A DNA stretch of 63,536 bases, the filler included, from Octopus bimaculoides (lineage: Eukaryota): assembly GCF_001194135.2 (NCBI RefSeq). It is 5 parts of 5 records of this genome, joined end to end, with 100 filler letters (N's around TTAATTAATTAA, not from the genome) between each part and the next. Parts side by side here need not be neighbours in the genome. Positions count along the whole stretch, not along the records: positions 22,294 to 37,784 come from NC_068986.1; positions 37,885 to 53,818 come from NC_068985.1; 3 more parts are not named here. One strand, given 5' to 3'. The translations under genes and the position numbers were made by a program. The notes under the pieces are model-generated. The model worked only from the letters and a program-made list of their open reading frames with translations. It was not told the DNA's origin and searched no databases. Positions 25,340-37,969 of the stretch are shown here, in pieces (position 1 is the stretch's first letter; every line of letters starts with the position of its first letter).

Positions 25340-26570
25340 GTTATGGTCTCACTTAGCTTGCTGGGTCTTCTCAAACACAGCATATTTCCAAAGGTATTGG
25401 TCACTAATCATTACCTTGGTGAGGCCTAATGTTTGAAAGTCGTGCTTCACCACATCATCCCAGGTCTTCCTGGGTCTACCTCTTCCACAGGTTCCCTCAA
25501 CCGCAAGGGTGTTGCACTTTTTCACACAGCTATCCTCATCCATTCTCACCACATGACCATACCAGCGCAGTCGTCTCTCATGCACACCCCATCTGACACT
25601 CCTTAGGTCCAACTTTTCTCTCAAGGTACTAACACAGTGTCGAGTATGCACATTGACATTACTCATCCATTGGAGCATACTGACTTCATTTCTTGCGAGA
25701 TTACGCATGTCCTCAGCGGTCATACAGTCTGCCTTTTACTCTGAGCGAGAGGCCCTTTGTCACCAGCAGAGGTAAGAGCTCTCTGAACTTTGCCCAGGCT
25801 ATTCTTATTCTAGCAGTTACACTTTCANNNNNNNNNNAGCTCTCTGAACTTTGCCCAGGCTATTCTTATTCTAGCAGTTACACTTTCAGTGCACCCTCCC
25901 CTGCTACTGACTTGGTCACCTAGGTAACGGAAGCTGTCAACTACTTGTAGTTTTTCACCCTGGAATGTGGCAGAAGTTGTTTTCTGCACATTTTCAGTAT
26001 TTATTGCTCCTGAGCATCTGTCACATACAAAAACTATCTTCCCAGTTAGCCTTCCTTTGATATTGCTGCACCTCTTATGTGTCCATAGCTTACACTAGGT
26101 ACATATTATAGAGTTTCTACCTACGCCTTTTCTACAGATCACGCAGGACCATCTACCTGAAGGGATTTGTGGTTTGTCTGTCTTCCTACTTATTAGGACT
26201 TTGGTTTTAGCTAGGTTGACTCTAAGGCCCTTCAATTCTAATCCTTGTTTCCACACCTGAAACTTCTCCTCTGGTTCTGATAGTGACTCAGCAATTAGCA
26301 CAAGGCCGTCAGCATAGAGGAGCTCCCATGGGCATCCTGTCTTGAATTCCTGTTATTACCTGGAGGACTATGATAAATAGGAGGGGGCTGAGAACTGTAC
26401 CTTGGTGAACACCTATCTCTACCAGGAATTCTTCACTGTACTCGTTGCCAACCCTCACCTTACTGACAGTGTCCCTGTACATGGCTCACACAGCTCTCAC
26501 TAACCATTCATCTATCCCAAGTTTCCTCATTGACCAGATAAGGGACCGGGGGACCCTGTCAAAGGATAGA
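25340..26570 (-). mobile_element. RTE LINE RT core and C-terminus, degenerate
   Basis: GVHQGSVLSPLLFIIVL, WELLYADG(LVL), GLRVNLAKTKV and RLRWYGHVVRMD. Confidence 0.85.
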
Positions 26571-27906
26571 CATATCATTGAGAATAATAGATTTAGTTAG
26601 TGGTCTCATTATCTCTATTCTGTCGAAGAGGTTAGAAAGGGTCAAGTGGTGAAGACATTATTTCGGCCTAGCTAAAGGTATCTGGAAAATGTAAAACTGC
26701 TGTCATAGAAAAACCATTGTTCCACCGTGGGAAAAGTTCTGTTGCAGTGTTAATTTAAATTTGGCTATGATGGATTGCGAGATCCACTATATATGTATAT
26801 ATATTTTTACAGATAAATTCCTCTATTTACATAATATCGAGGTCTCTTTCTTTTGTTGTCCTTTCTATCAATATAAAGTTAAAGAAAAGTAATTTAATAT
26901 CTGAGACAAACTGAGCAGATCCTAAATACAGAACACACTCGCGCGCACGCACGCACACACACGCACAAGAAGAAGCATGCACATCACACATTAGTTTCCT
27001 CTTCCACTTAAACACGTCAAAGAGAAGCTCGCGACACAGTTGATAAGACAAAAAGTGCTCATGGAAAATGAAGATAATGATAACTCTGAAACATATTCCG
27101 AAAGATTGCCTCTAATATAAATAAGGCCGATTTATGTGATTATCCTGGCTTTCACGCCCATAAAGGACTTAGCTTTATGGCATAACATCAGATCCCAAAA
27201 CCTGGCTTGAGGCCACTCTAGAATATGGAAGAGGAAGGACGAAAGGACCTCGATGCACAATGTCAACAACAGTGGATTGCCTCCCTTTGACTATCGCTAG
27301 CAAGTGACTGTTGTCTTGTGGGTTCCAATAGGCCAGCAGGAATGTGTGTGTACGTGTAGATGTATGTATATGTGCGAGTATATGCGTGTGTCCCTGTGTA
27401 TATATATATGGACGTACACATGCATATATGTATGTGTGTGTGTGTGTATGTATGTATATATATATATATATATATACGTGCGTACTTGCATATACACACA
27501 TTTTCATAACTTTCTTTATATCTTATAAACGAATATTCCATTCTTTTATCAACTATAAACTTACCTTCTTTATATTGAAATTTCCTCTATCATCTCTATT
27601 TAATTTATTCTAATTCTATTTACCTACTCTTTTATCTTCAATCAACCTGTAAACCCCACGCCCAAATATATAACAATGCAAATCATAGACCGTATGATTC
27701 AGTCTGCTATAATGAATCCATAAACACATAAAATATCCTTGGGTATGTCTTTTTCCCTTTGATGATGATATGCTCACCTCATATAAATTTAACGTTTACT
27801 TAATATTTACTGAGTATTAATTGAAACTGCTGTAAGCAATGATGATTAATTTGCTTTTAATAATAAACAATTAACTTTCCAATCTCCATTTTCTTTTTCT
27901 TATATG

Positions 27907-27940
<34 letters not shown>

Positions 27941-28079
27941 TGGCCACATAAGAGGTGTAATGGTATTACAGGAAGGTTAACAGAGAAAATAGTTTTTTCG
28001 TATCGCAAATATGTGCATACAATAAGTACTAAAAATTTGCAGAAAATGGACTTCCTCAAAAACTCGGGGGGGGGGGGTC

Positions 28080-28235
28080 CTTAGAAGTACTAGGTAACTT
28101 CCGTTACCTAGGCGATGAAGTTAGCAGTGGAGAAGGAAGTTCTGAAAGCATAGCTGATTAGAACGGGCTGGGCAAAGTTCAGAGAACTTCTACATTTGTT
28201 GGTAACTAAGGGCCTCTCCCTCAGAGTGGAAGGCA
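28080..28235 (+). mobile_element. RTE RT fragment; an older RTE-type 3'UTR follows at ~28370-28570
   Basis: LEVLGNFRYLGDEVSSG, similar to the inverted 25730-25930 region. Confidence 0.7.
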
Positions 28236-28779
28236 GAGGATCTTCAGGCCTCACTGAGGAAATTTCAAGGGACTGGATGTTGTAGCAAAATTGCTGTATT
28301 TGAGAAGACATGTCAAGCTATGTAAAATCATGGCTGTCCATACATACAGGCCTGTCCTTTGCAGGTGTTGGTACCATGTAAAATGCACATGTGCCAGTGC
28401 CATGTAAAATGCACTCATGCCAGTGCAATGTAAACAACCCTACTGGTGGCACATAAAGGGCACCCAGCATTTGCTGTTAAGTGGTTGGTGTTAGGAAGGG
28501 CATCCAGCTGTAGAAACTATACCAAAACGGACAACTGGAGTCTGGATAGCATGATGTTACCTTCACTGGAGAGCCCATCTAAGGATCATCAAAGTTTGGG
28601 GAACTTAGTTTTCTTGATGTCCATATCATGTCTTACAGCCTTTATAGGGTTTACACAGCATTGAGGAGCGGTCAAGATGCTGCCATTTTGGTACCTGACA
28701 TGGATCATCATGATACAGGTAACTCTTTTTTCCAATGTTCAGGTGACTTCCAGTCCTCCATGTCAATGAACTTTTTCTC

Positions 28780-28897
28780 AACTAAAACTTTAATGTTTAT
28801 CTTCCCAACACCGTTGACTGTTCACCAAAATATCAAGCTGTTCCTGAAAAATAGGAGACATAAAAAAAATCATTAAATTTAGCTTGAACACCCTGTA
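28780..28897 (-). mobile_element. Possible Tc1/mariner terminal fragment
   Basis: Ends ttgaacaccctgta, whose reverse complement is TA-CAGGGTGTTCAA. This is typical of Tc1/mariner termini, but no partner end was seen. Confidence 0.35.
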
Positions 28898-30883
28898 GGT
28901 GTATGTATGTGATTCTGTAGATGTGTGCATGTATGTGTGTGTGTGTGTGTGTTGTATGTAAGAAGAAAGTATGGATGCCAATTAGTGCTGGTATCAATAT
29001 GCATGAATGGATTTAAATAAACAAATCACAAACAACAGCAACTTGAATATACATAGAGAAACTTGTTCTCTTATACAAAAGCACACAGTACAGCTGCCAC
29101 CACTACCACCTCAGTTAAACATTATTCATATACATATATATATATATAATGTACATATATATAAATCAAAATAAGCAACAAGGATATCAAGAGGTAATGC
29201 AGTATGATTGTTTCAAGCAACTCCATTTAATTGAACAATGTAATCATTACATCAATTTAAATGCAGAGCAATTCTCAGCTGCACAAAGACATAGAATTTA
29301 ATTAAATTAAAACAGATGGACACATTAGTATAATTATACCTAAAATCTCCAAGAAGTTGAGATAAACAAAGAACATGCTGCCTTCACTCCAGCATAGAAG
29401 CTACTAAGGTATCAAGAAGATATACATTGTTACAGACTCTGCCTGTCACTGATTTTTTGTTTTTATGGGGTCAGTTTTAATTTATAGACTAGTTTATCAA
29501 ATCCTTGTATATCTAAGGTTGATGTATAAATACTAAACTATTTCTGGATAATTTCTTTTCCTCTCTCTATTGTGGTAAAAGTTTGGTATATACTCAAAAG
29601 TATTTTAAAATTTCTATTCTTTTGTTATAATATTCTTCTTAATAATCCTCTGAATAACCCTAAACTTTAACTGTATACAATATAGCAACATTGCTTAAAA
29701 CATTTAACTATAGTACTACATGATAAGACTTCCCCTNNNNNNNNNNCTCTGAATAACCCTAAACTTTAACTGTATACAATATAGCAACATTGCTTAAAAC
29801 ATTTAACTATAGTACTACATGATAAGACTTCCCCTGTTTCATTATCAATGGTCTGCTAGTAGGCAACCCCCTTAATTGTCAGCTAACATCTTGTTTTAAG
29901 CTTTCCTTTACCAAACCTCATGATATTGCTTCTAATAAATCTTGATTTTTATGACTATACCAATTATGATTTCTGTATGCTCCCTCAGCCCTACCCCTAA
30001 CAGATACTGCCCCTTTGTTCTCTCAGCAAAGGGACATATTATGTGCGTATGTGCATCCGTAGATTTCTTTGTAGTTATGCCCTGTTCTCTTCTACTAGAA
30101 ACGTTTACTTTGGAATTTACTTCTATTGAGAAAAAAAATCGTGTGCATGTTATTTTTAACGTAAGTTTTCTTATGACGGCTTCTCTTCACTGCCTATTAC
30201 TTCATTAGAAATCTACGGATGCACATACGCAAATAATAGAGAAAAATGAAACAATTATGAACGACTTACTCCAAAACACCACCGAGTGGGGAACACTTCT
30301 CAAAAATAGCCTGCAGTTGTTTCCTTCAAAATTCCTACATGATTGAAATGTACATACATCAAGGTATATTTGTAGAAAATTTCACGAAAAAATATTCATT
30401 TTCCTGGAAGTTAAGAGGAATTTAAGTGGACTCTGTTGGAATTTCCGAAAATTGTCCCTTACCCCCATTCCACAACACTTTCACCGAAAATTTTTGTATA
30501 TTCGGAATCTACATAATAAATAATATATGCATCGAAAATTTCATTAAAAAATATTCATTTTTCAGAAAGTTATGACCTTCCAAAGTCGGTGGGGTACAAC
30601 TCTGTAGTTATGCCAACATTTGTTCACTTTTTGGTTGCTATATCCAGTGTTTATGTTAACAGTAAGTTGACTTATTTAAGTCCCTTTACTAGTTATCTCC
30701 CCTTTAATTTTTATTTACTTTTTTACATTCCTAAACTGAACAATTATCAAATTGTATACAAATACTTTTCAGATCATGTAAATTACGATAATATCGGAAT
30801 TTGACGTGAAAAGAATAATAGTAAGCAGATACACCTACTGACACATCACAATATTTTTACAAATTTTATGTTTCATTTTGCAG

Positions 30884-30898
30884 ATATACATGACGTGG
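30884..30898 (+). CDS. Candidate 15-nt microexon ATATACATGACGTGG (IYMTW in phase 0)
   Basis: Branch point tactgac (~30836-30842), tract ttttatgtttcattttgcag, and donor TGG|GTCAGT. Confidence 0.4.
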
Positions 30899-32008
30899 GT
30901 CAGTATGCATGTGTACGAGCCCACCAATTTTTTTTTTTTTTTTTCATATTAAATTACGATATAATCGTAATCTACGCACTCTGAAAGGTGTCTATGAAAC
31001 ATTTCATTAAAAAATTACCCATTTTTCTGAATGTTATGAGTAAAGAAAGCAGTCTCAAGTGAATTTTCCGAAACTCCTCACCTCCACCCTCGGAAAAATT
31101 TTTTTCACCACGTACTCTGGTATAATGAGAATCTACACCATCGAAAGTGTATTTGTAGAAAATTTCATTAAAGGATATCCATTTTTCTGGATGTTATGAG
31201 GCAACAAAATCGTGGGCAGGGTTTACACACGTGTGGGAATTCTCTGAAGACCTTTTGACCAACTGACAGTACAACTTTCCATCTCCATGAGATGAAAAGC
31301 TAAATTTGTCTTTCCACAAAACTGCAGCTTTCGTGGATGCGAAATCATTGGTCACTCAATGACCAGACATTAACTTTATTGCTTTAATATGTCTATTAAA
31401 AGTAACTGAGTCCATGTCCGGTCATAGAGTGACCGATATTTCGCATCCTCAAAGGCTTGTGGACGTTTCGTCAAACTGTAAAGCCGAAGACACACACACA
31501 CACATACATACATACATACATACATACATACACACACACATATACATACATACATACATACATACACACACATGCATGCATGCATGTATAGCATAGCATT
31601 TCTAAATCTCTCAGAGAGAGTTATGCAGTAACTGCACGATAAATTGATGGGTTATTGCCAACTTAATTTGGCAGTCCCAGGAAGGGGGAGAATGCTACTG
31701 CTATTTAGCCACATGAAACACCGTTTCTAGTTGGCTACGCGACACAAGCGTTCTGTGTCCTTAAGTTTTCAAACAGGAGAGATAAGCACCTCCAGCATCT
31801 AGAGACGAGTTTCAGGGCAGTTGCTCTTCATCATTCTGGAGTAGCTTGGCCTTGCTAGATATCACACTCACACACATTAGGAAATTAGTAGTTATGGCCG
31901 GTCAGAGAGTGACCATTGGTGTTGCACCTATAAAGCGCTTAGCAGTATAGGCGATTCGTCAAGCTCAATGACTTTAAAAAAATATATTATTACTCTAATG
32001 CTTTAGAG

Positions 32009-32319
32009 CAGGGGTTCACAAACATTTTTATGTATGGACCCCTTTGATTACTAATTTGTTCTGGTGGCCCCCCAGAGTCATTCGATGTTTAAAACACTAG
32101 TTTTATAGGTACTTGTTTCAAAATTCCTATTTAGTTTTCAACACATTAACATTTGTAGGTTGAACTTTGTAAAACATTAACGAAAGAAACCTGGTTGTTT
32201 CTTTCGCTAAAGCAAAATTTTTTCAAGGGGTCCCTTAAAATTCTGTTGTGCATTCCCATTTACTATTTTGTTGCGTGGACTCCCCAAAATCTTACATGGA
32301 ACACGGTTGAGAACCATTG
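32009..32319. mobile_element. hAT (Charlie-like) MITE with 8-bp TSD CTTTAGAG
   Basis: TIRs CAGGGGTTCACAA and TTGAGAACCATTG. An identical CTTTAGAG lies at 32001-32008 and 32320-32327. Confidence 0.85.
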
Positions 32320-32368
32320 CTTTAGAGTGTGCTTCTTTTTCGGATATATGAACTACTGATGATATATC

Positions 32369-32369
<1 letters not shown>

Positions 32370-32400
<31 letters not shown>

Positions 32401-33120
32401 TGGCTGCGTCTCGTGTTTCCGAGCTTGCAATCCAGTTCATTTTCCTGGGTGTTTGAACCGCAGATGGCTCCGCAATCCAAGGGTTGCATGAAACATACGG
32501 GGACATTGTGGACAAGGGATAGAAGGAGTTGGTTTGGGAAGGAGAAGGCGCTGCTTTCTCTCCCGTCTCTTGAGTTCAGCTCTTGCGACTCGGGCTTTCT
32601 CGAAGTCCGCTGAACCCGTTTTGATGGTGTGTCTCCAGAGGGGTCTGTTTGCCGAGATATCCTCCCAGTGTGCGGGGTNNNNNNNNNNNNNNNNNNNNNN
32701 NNNNNNNNNNNNNNNNNNNNNNNNNNNNNNNNNNNNNNNNNNNNNNNNNNNNNNNNNNNNNNNNNNNNNNNNNNNNNNNNNNNNNNNNNNNNNNNNNNNN
32801 NNNNNNNNNNNNNNNNNNNNNNNNNNNNNNNNNNNNNNNNNNNNNNNNNNNNNNNNNNNNNNNNNNNNNNNNNNNNNNNGGCTCCACGAGGACGTTTTCT
32901 TTCAGACAGTTCACCGTAGAGACAGATCTTGGGAAGGCGGTGTTCATTCATCCGACGAACGTGACCTGACCATTGGAGACGATGTTCAATGATCAAGGCT
33001 TCGATGCTCAGGAGACCTGATCTTTCAAGTACAGCGTTGTTGGTGATGCGATCTTCCCAGTTGATGTTCAGGATAGAACGAAGTTTGGATTGATGGAAGC
33101 GCTCTAGTTTCTTACTAGAA
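32370..33120 (-). mobile_element. RTE (BovB-like) LINE 3' end with an (ACT)n tail
   Basis: RLQWSGHVRRMNEHRLPKICLYGEL...KRPRG. Confidence 0.8.
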
Positions 33121-34249
33121 CTGAAAAATGCGCACGCTCAAAGGGTTACAGAATGTCACAATAAACCTTAAAATGTATGGAACTAACATTGTTGCTCAAA
33201 AATATTGGAAACACTATATGTTGTACATTCTGTGACATCTTAAGATTAAAAGAGACTCGTGTGTGAATTACGATGTCATGATAATTACTAAACCGAGTTC
33301 TTAATATAAAAATTTGAAAATGTACAAAATATGATCTTTAACTTCGAATAAGTAAATTCATTATAATACTCTTCATACCAAAGTATATAAAAAAATATAT
33401 TTCACACTGCATGCAAATTACCATGATAATAAAAACAAAAACAAAAAAAAAACTGGATTTATGGTGAAGTTGAATATATATAACAGCGAATGTACGAAAC
33501 CGAAATAATGATAAGCAAAGATAAAATTCGCACGCTCACACACCGAAGAACAAGCACGTGAATATGTGTGTGTGTGTTAGTATGTGTGCGCGCGCGTTTG
33601 TTCTTGTATGTATGCGGGCATGTTCTTGTATAGTTCTACAGAACTTATTTAATTTAGCTTTAAAATTAATAGAAATCAATGTCATATTTCTTTCTTTTCG
33701 CATTTCCTTTAATCAGTAGTAAGAGGTAATTTACATTCCTTCCTTTTCTGTATGCATGTTGCAATATTTCGGCTCTTTGGTAGTTAAAAAAAAAACCCAC
33801 ATGGACTATTATAACTAATACAGCTTTTTCGACGTTGATCTTGTTTTCTTCTTGGAAATTTTCAGATTTTACATACACAAATGAAGCAGTTAAGAACAAA
33901 TATGCAAAGATTTTCTCAAGTTTAAAATGCAACATTATGTTTAGTATATCTACATTCCACACACATAAATACATAAAAACAGAATACGCTTGTGCGCACA
34001 CACAGGAACAAGCACGCACGCGCACACACACGTACACCCATTAGCTTCCTCTTCCAAACAGAACATGCATGCACGAAGACAGCTCGATGTCAAACTATCG
34101 CTTATTGGTTGATGATAATTGAAAATTAATCAATAAAACGTAATCACTACGCAAACGGCCCCGGCCTTCTTACACTTTTATTCGCAAAGTAGACATATAT
34201 TGTCAGATACGCAGTAGACTCGACATTCTGTTGTCGGTCACTACGTGCT

Positions 34250-34280
<31 letters not shown>

Positions 34281-34689
34281 NNNNNNNNNNNNNNNNNNNN
34301 NNNNNNNNNNNNNNNNNNNNNNNNNNNNNNNNNNNNNNNNNNNNNNNNNNNNNNNNNNNNNNNNNNNNNNNNNNNNNNNNNNNNNNNNNNNNNNNNNNNN
34401 NNNNNNNNNNNNNNNNNNNNNNNNNNNNNNNNNNNNNNNNNNNNNNNNNNNNNNNNNNNNNNNNNNNNNNNNNNTTCCTATGTGTTCGTTCCGTTGTCTG
34501 TAGTTTATTGTTCTAACATCCTGTACCCTGATATGCATATATATACACATGTAGATGTAAGTATGTACATATATGTGTGTGTGTATACATGTATATATAT
34601 TCTTTGTATTATATATATATATATATATATATAATAAAAAGTAACAACAAAAGAATGAGATCTCGACATTAGATATATAGAAGATTATA

Positions 34690-34921
34690 TATGTTATAAT
34701 TTAGAACAAACAGTAAAAGGTTGTCATTATAGTACTCAGAGTTTCGAATGTTGGAGAGAAGAGCTACGATGCATTCTCGTCGGCTATTCAACATACACTA
34801 TGAAAACCGTTGAATAAAAGGGAAGTTACTCTAATAGGCAGAAAAAGAAAAAAAAGATAAAAACTACACGCGACCATATTCTCACAATACATAGACATAA
34901 ACCTGCGTTCACAACGTCTAC
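34690..34921 (-). mobile_element. Old diverged copy of the LTR at 35421, inverted
   Basis: Patchy by-eye matches: gaatgttggagaga, tcgtcggc, atgaaaa.ccg and terminal tgtag(t)gacg. Confidence 0.5.
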
Positions 34922-35420
34922 ATACGTACACACACAAACATGTATGCGTACATGCACACATGCACATACACACACACAGACATGTGTATGTACGTACTCA
35001 TACATACACATATATCCACACTCACGCACATATTATATGTATATGTGTGTGTGTATACGCAACCTCATCCCCATATACACATGGGTGTTTACATGTATAC
35101 ACGTAACATAATACATATATATTTAGAGATTTATACATATAAATATACATAAACAAAACATTCAAGCACTAAGATTTGAAATAAGATGTTAATATCATAT
35201 GTGGATAAAATTTAAGATTGATGGTATCAGCAGTAGTAACATTGGTGGTCCGCAGGCAAATAGTATTATTTAGCTATAAATTGCAAACTTGCACGAAGCG
35301 TAAGGATACATAAAACCATACACCTGCTAGAAATAAGAGCTAAAAGTCTTAATTAAACCACCGTACAGCACCAAGATAATAGAGAAATTACAGTAGGCGA
35401 GGAAACGGAAAGAATTAATA

Positions 35421-35813
35421 TGTAGTGACGCCTTAATAGCAGACGACATTTCCGGAAAGTTTATCCACGCATGCGCAGGGACTATTTCCGGAAGGAATAC
35501 AGGAAGAATCTCATGCGCATGCGTAGTCATCGATATCCAAGCTTCGCGCGGATTTTCATCCTCTTTCACCCTGGCCGACGAAGGGCCTAGACGTCGCAGC
35601 AACCTCTCTCCAACATTCCAACTTTGGAGCTACACAAATAACCATGCAACTTCATTGACGGCGTCTCAGTAACCAAAGAGCGAAGTGCTGTCGAATTCTG
35701 TTGTAATAAATATTGTTGTGTTGATAGTTCAGAATCTGCGTTCCGTTGTTTCTTCAAGAAATTTAATGTACGGAAGCGGAGTACACCTAATGGTGTATAA
35801 CCACTTCCCAACA
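35421..35813 (+). mobile_element. 5' LTR of an LTR retrotransposon (probably Gypsy-type)
   Basis: TGT...ACA termini, AATAAA at ~35705, and an immediately following PBS. The left boundary is inferred. Confidence 0.7.
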
Positions 35814-35815
35814 AT

Positions 35816-35836
35816 TGGTGACCCCGACGTGATTCG
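35816..35836 (+). promoter_or_regulatory. tRNA-Trp primer-binding site TGGTGACCCCGACGTGATTCG
   Basis: Complementary to the 3' end of eukaryotic tRNA-Trp(CCA), ...AATCACGTCGGGGTCACCA. Confidence 0.85.
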
Positions 35837-36484
35837 GTTCAACCACTTTCCTACAAATACATTCAAAAGCACAACTATGAAAACCACATACCTGGGTTTC
35901 GGCATANNNNNNNNNNNNNNNNNNNNNNNNNNNNNNNNNNNNNNNNNNNNNNNNNNNNNNNNNNNNNNNNNNNNNNNNNNNNNNNNNNNNNNNNNNNNNN
36001 NNNNNNNNNNNNNNNNNNNNNNNNNNNNNNNNNNNNNNNNNNNNNNNNNNNNNNNNNNNNNNNNNNNNNNNNNNNNNNNNNNNNNNNNNNNNNNNNNNNN
36101 NNNNNNNNNNNNNNNNNNNNNNNNNNNNNNNNNNNNNNNNNNNNNNNNNNNNNNNNNNNNNNNNNNNNNNNNNNNNNNNNNNNNNNNNNNNNNNNNNNNN
36201 NNNNNNNNNNNNNNNNNNNNNNNNNNNNNNNNNNNNNNNNNNNNNNNNNNNNNNNNNNNNNNNNNNNNNNNNNNNNNNNNNNNNNNNNNNNNNNNNNNNN
36301 NNNNNNNNNNNNNNNNNNNNNNNNNNNNNNNNNNNNNNNNNNNNNNNNNNNNNNNNNNNNNNNNNNNNNNNNNNNNNNNNNNNNNNNNNNNNNNNNNNNN
36401 NNNNNNNNNNNNNNNNNNNNNNNNNNNNNNNNNNNNNNNNNNNNNNNNNNNNNNNNNNNNNNNNNNNNNNNNNNNNNNNNATTC

Positions 36485-37075
36485 AATTTGATGGACAGAT
36501 TTTTTTTTAACTAAACAGTTTGAAACTTCGGATACTGGTTGAATTCTGTACATAAAAAAGTTTGGCTACTTTTTCTAGCAGGTCATGCAACCACATATAG
36601 GCTCCGCTGTTGGTCTGTCTCAGTAATAATTTTGTTGTTATTTAGCCTCATATTAATTCTGATACAGCAAACCTGTCATCAAAGACATTCTAGCTTTCAG
36701 CAAACCGTCTTTTTAGGGATAATCTAGGACATTACGTACAATGGGCTTGTGATTTAGGTAGGAGGGATACTTTGGCTGCTGTTTTTAGCGAGTCGAGCGA
36801 CCAGGTAAAGGCTCTTTCATTGGTATGGACCCGTAAGTTGTTGTTTGCAAACAGCAGCAGTAATTTTCTTCAGCTGAATACACGTCATTGATTGGTTAAA
36901 ATTACCGAAATATGACAACTTTAACACGAAATAACTTCCAAGATACAAAATTTTGTCAAAAACGTTAAGAGTAAATCCTGTTCTATGTGACACATTCTAC
37001 TAGTATCCGAAGTTTCAAAGTGTTTAGTTTAAAAAAAAGAAAATTGAAAATCTGCCCGGCAAATGGAGTAGATCC
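36485..37075. mobile_element. Non-autonomous element with ~70-bp inverted repeats; related to 37885-38210
   Basis: 36490-36555 is the reverse complement of ~36985-37070 (agtatccgaagtttcaaa.tgtttagtt). 36870-37030 is similar to 38015-38170. Confidence 0.6.
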
Positions 37076-37912
37076 CTCCTATCACAAACCTACACCCGCA
37101 CATATACAAATATATGCATATCCGTATAAAGGAAGGGGACGTGTGCATGAAAGGCGCACATATGCACCGGACAGTCTTACACTCGTATACATATACACAT
37201 ACACATATATACACACGCACACACATATAAAATATATACATACATATACATATATTCACACACGTACACATTCACACAGTTAAAAAGGAAAATGAAAAAA
37301 TATATATATAAAAAAATTTAAAATAATGGAAGTTAAGACATATGGGAAGCTTGTGCAGGAATATAGTAAAAATGTGGATTGTAGCTGTGAACCATAACAT
37401 ATTTTGTCACGTATGGACATGATCCCAAAAGTTCAGTTATATAGATATAGGCGCATGAGTGGGTGTGTGGTAAGTGGGTTGCTTACCAACCACATGGTTC
37501 CGGGTTCAGTCCCACTGCTTGGCACTTTGGTAGACGGAAAATGAAATATATATATATTTGTGTGGGTATGTATAACACACGCACCCTTCTCAACAACAAC
37601 GCCAGTTATTTCATTTCTTTTCATAATGCTTTGAAGCATTATAAATTCAAAATGTAAGCTTAAATTTTAAATTAATTATTGGCATGTGCAACAGGATGCA
37701 TAACTACAATGTATACCTCCGCCGACTTTGTTGCCTCATAACTTCCAGAAAAATTGAATACCTTTTAGCGAAACTTTCAACAAGNNNNNNNNNNNNNNNN
37801 NNNNNNNNNNNNNNNNNNNNNNNNNNNNTTAATTAATTAANNNNNNNNNNNNNNNNNNNNNNNNNNNNNNNNNNNNNNNNNNNNATTTGCTTTTCTCATT
37901 TTAAATTTGCTT

Positions 37913-37969
37913 TAACCCTAACCCTAACCCTAACCCTAACCCTAACCCCAGCGTTAGGGTTAGGGTTAA
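37913..37969. repeat. Interstitial telomeric repeats (TAACCC)6-CAGCG-(TTAGGG)2
   Basis: Direct reading of the sequence. Confidence 0.9.

Noticed and set aside
37913-37969. Telomere-fusion scar
   Set aside because: A fusion gives (TTAGGG)n(CCCTAA)n. Here the order is reversed and the flanks are a dispersed repeat.
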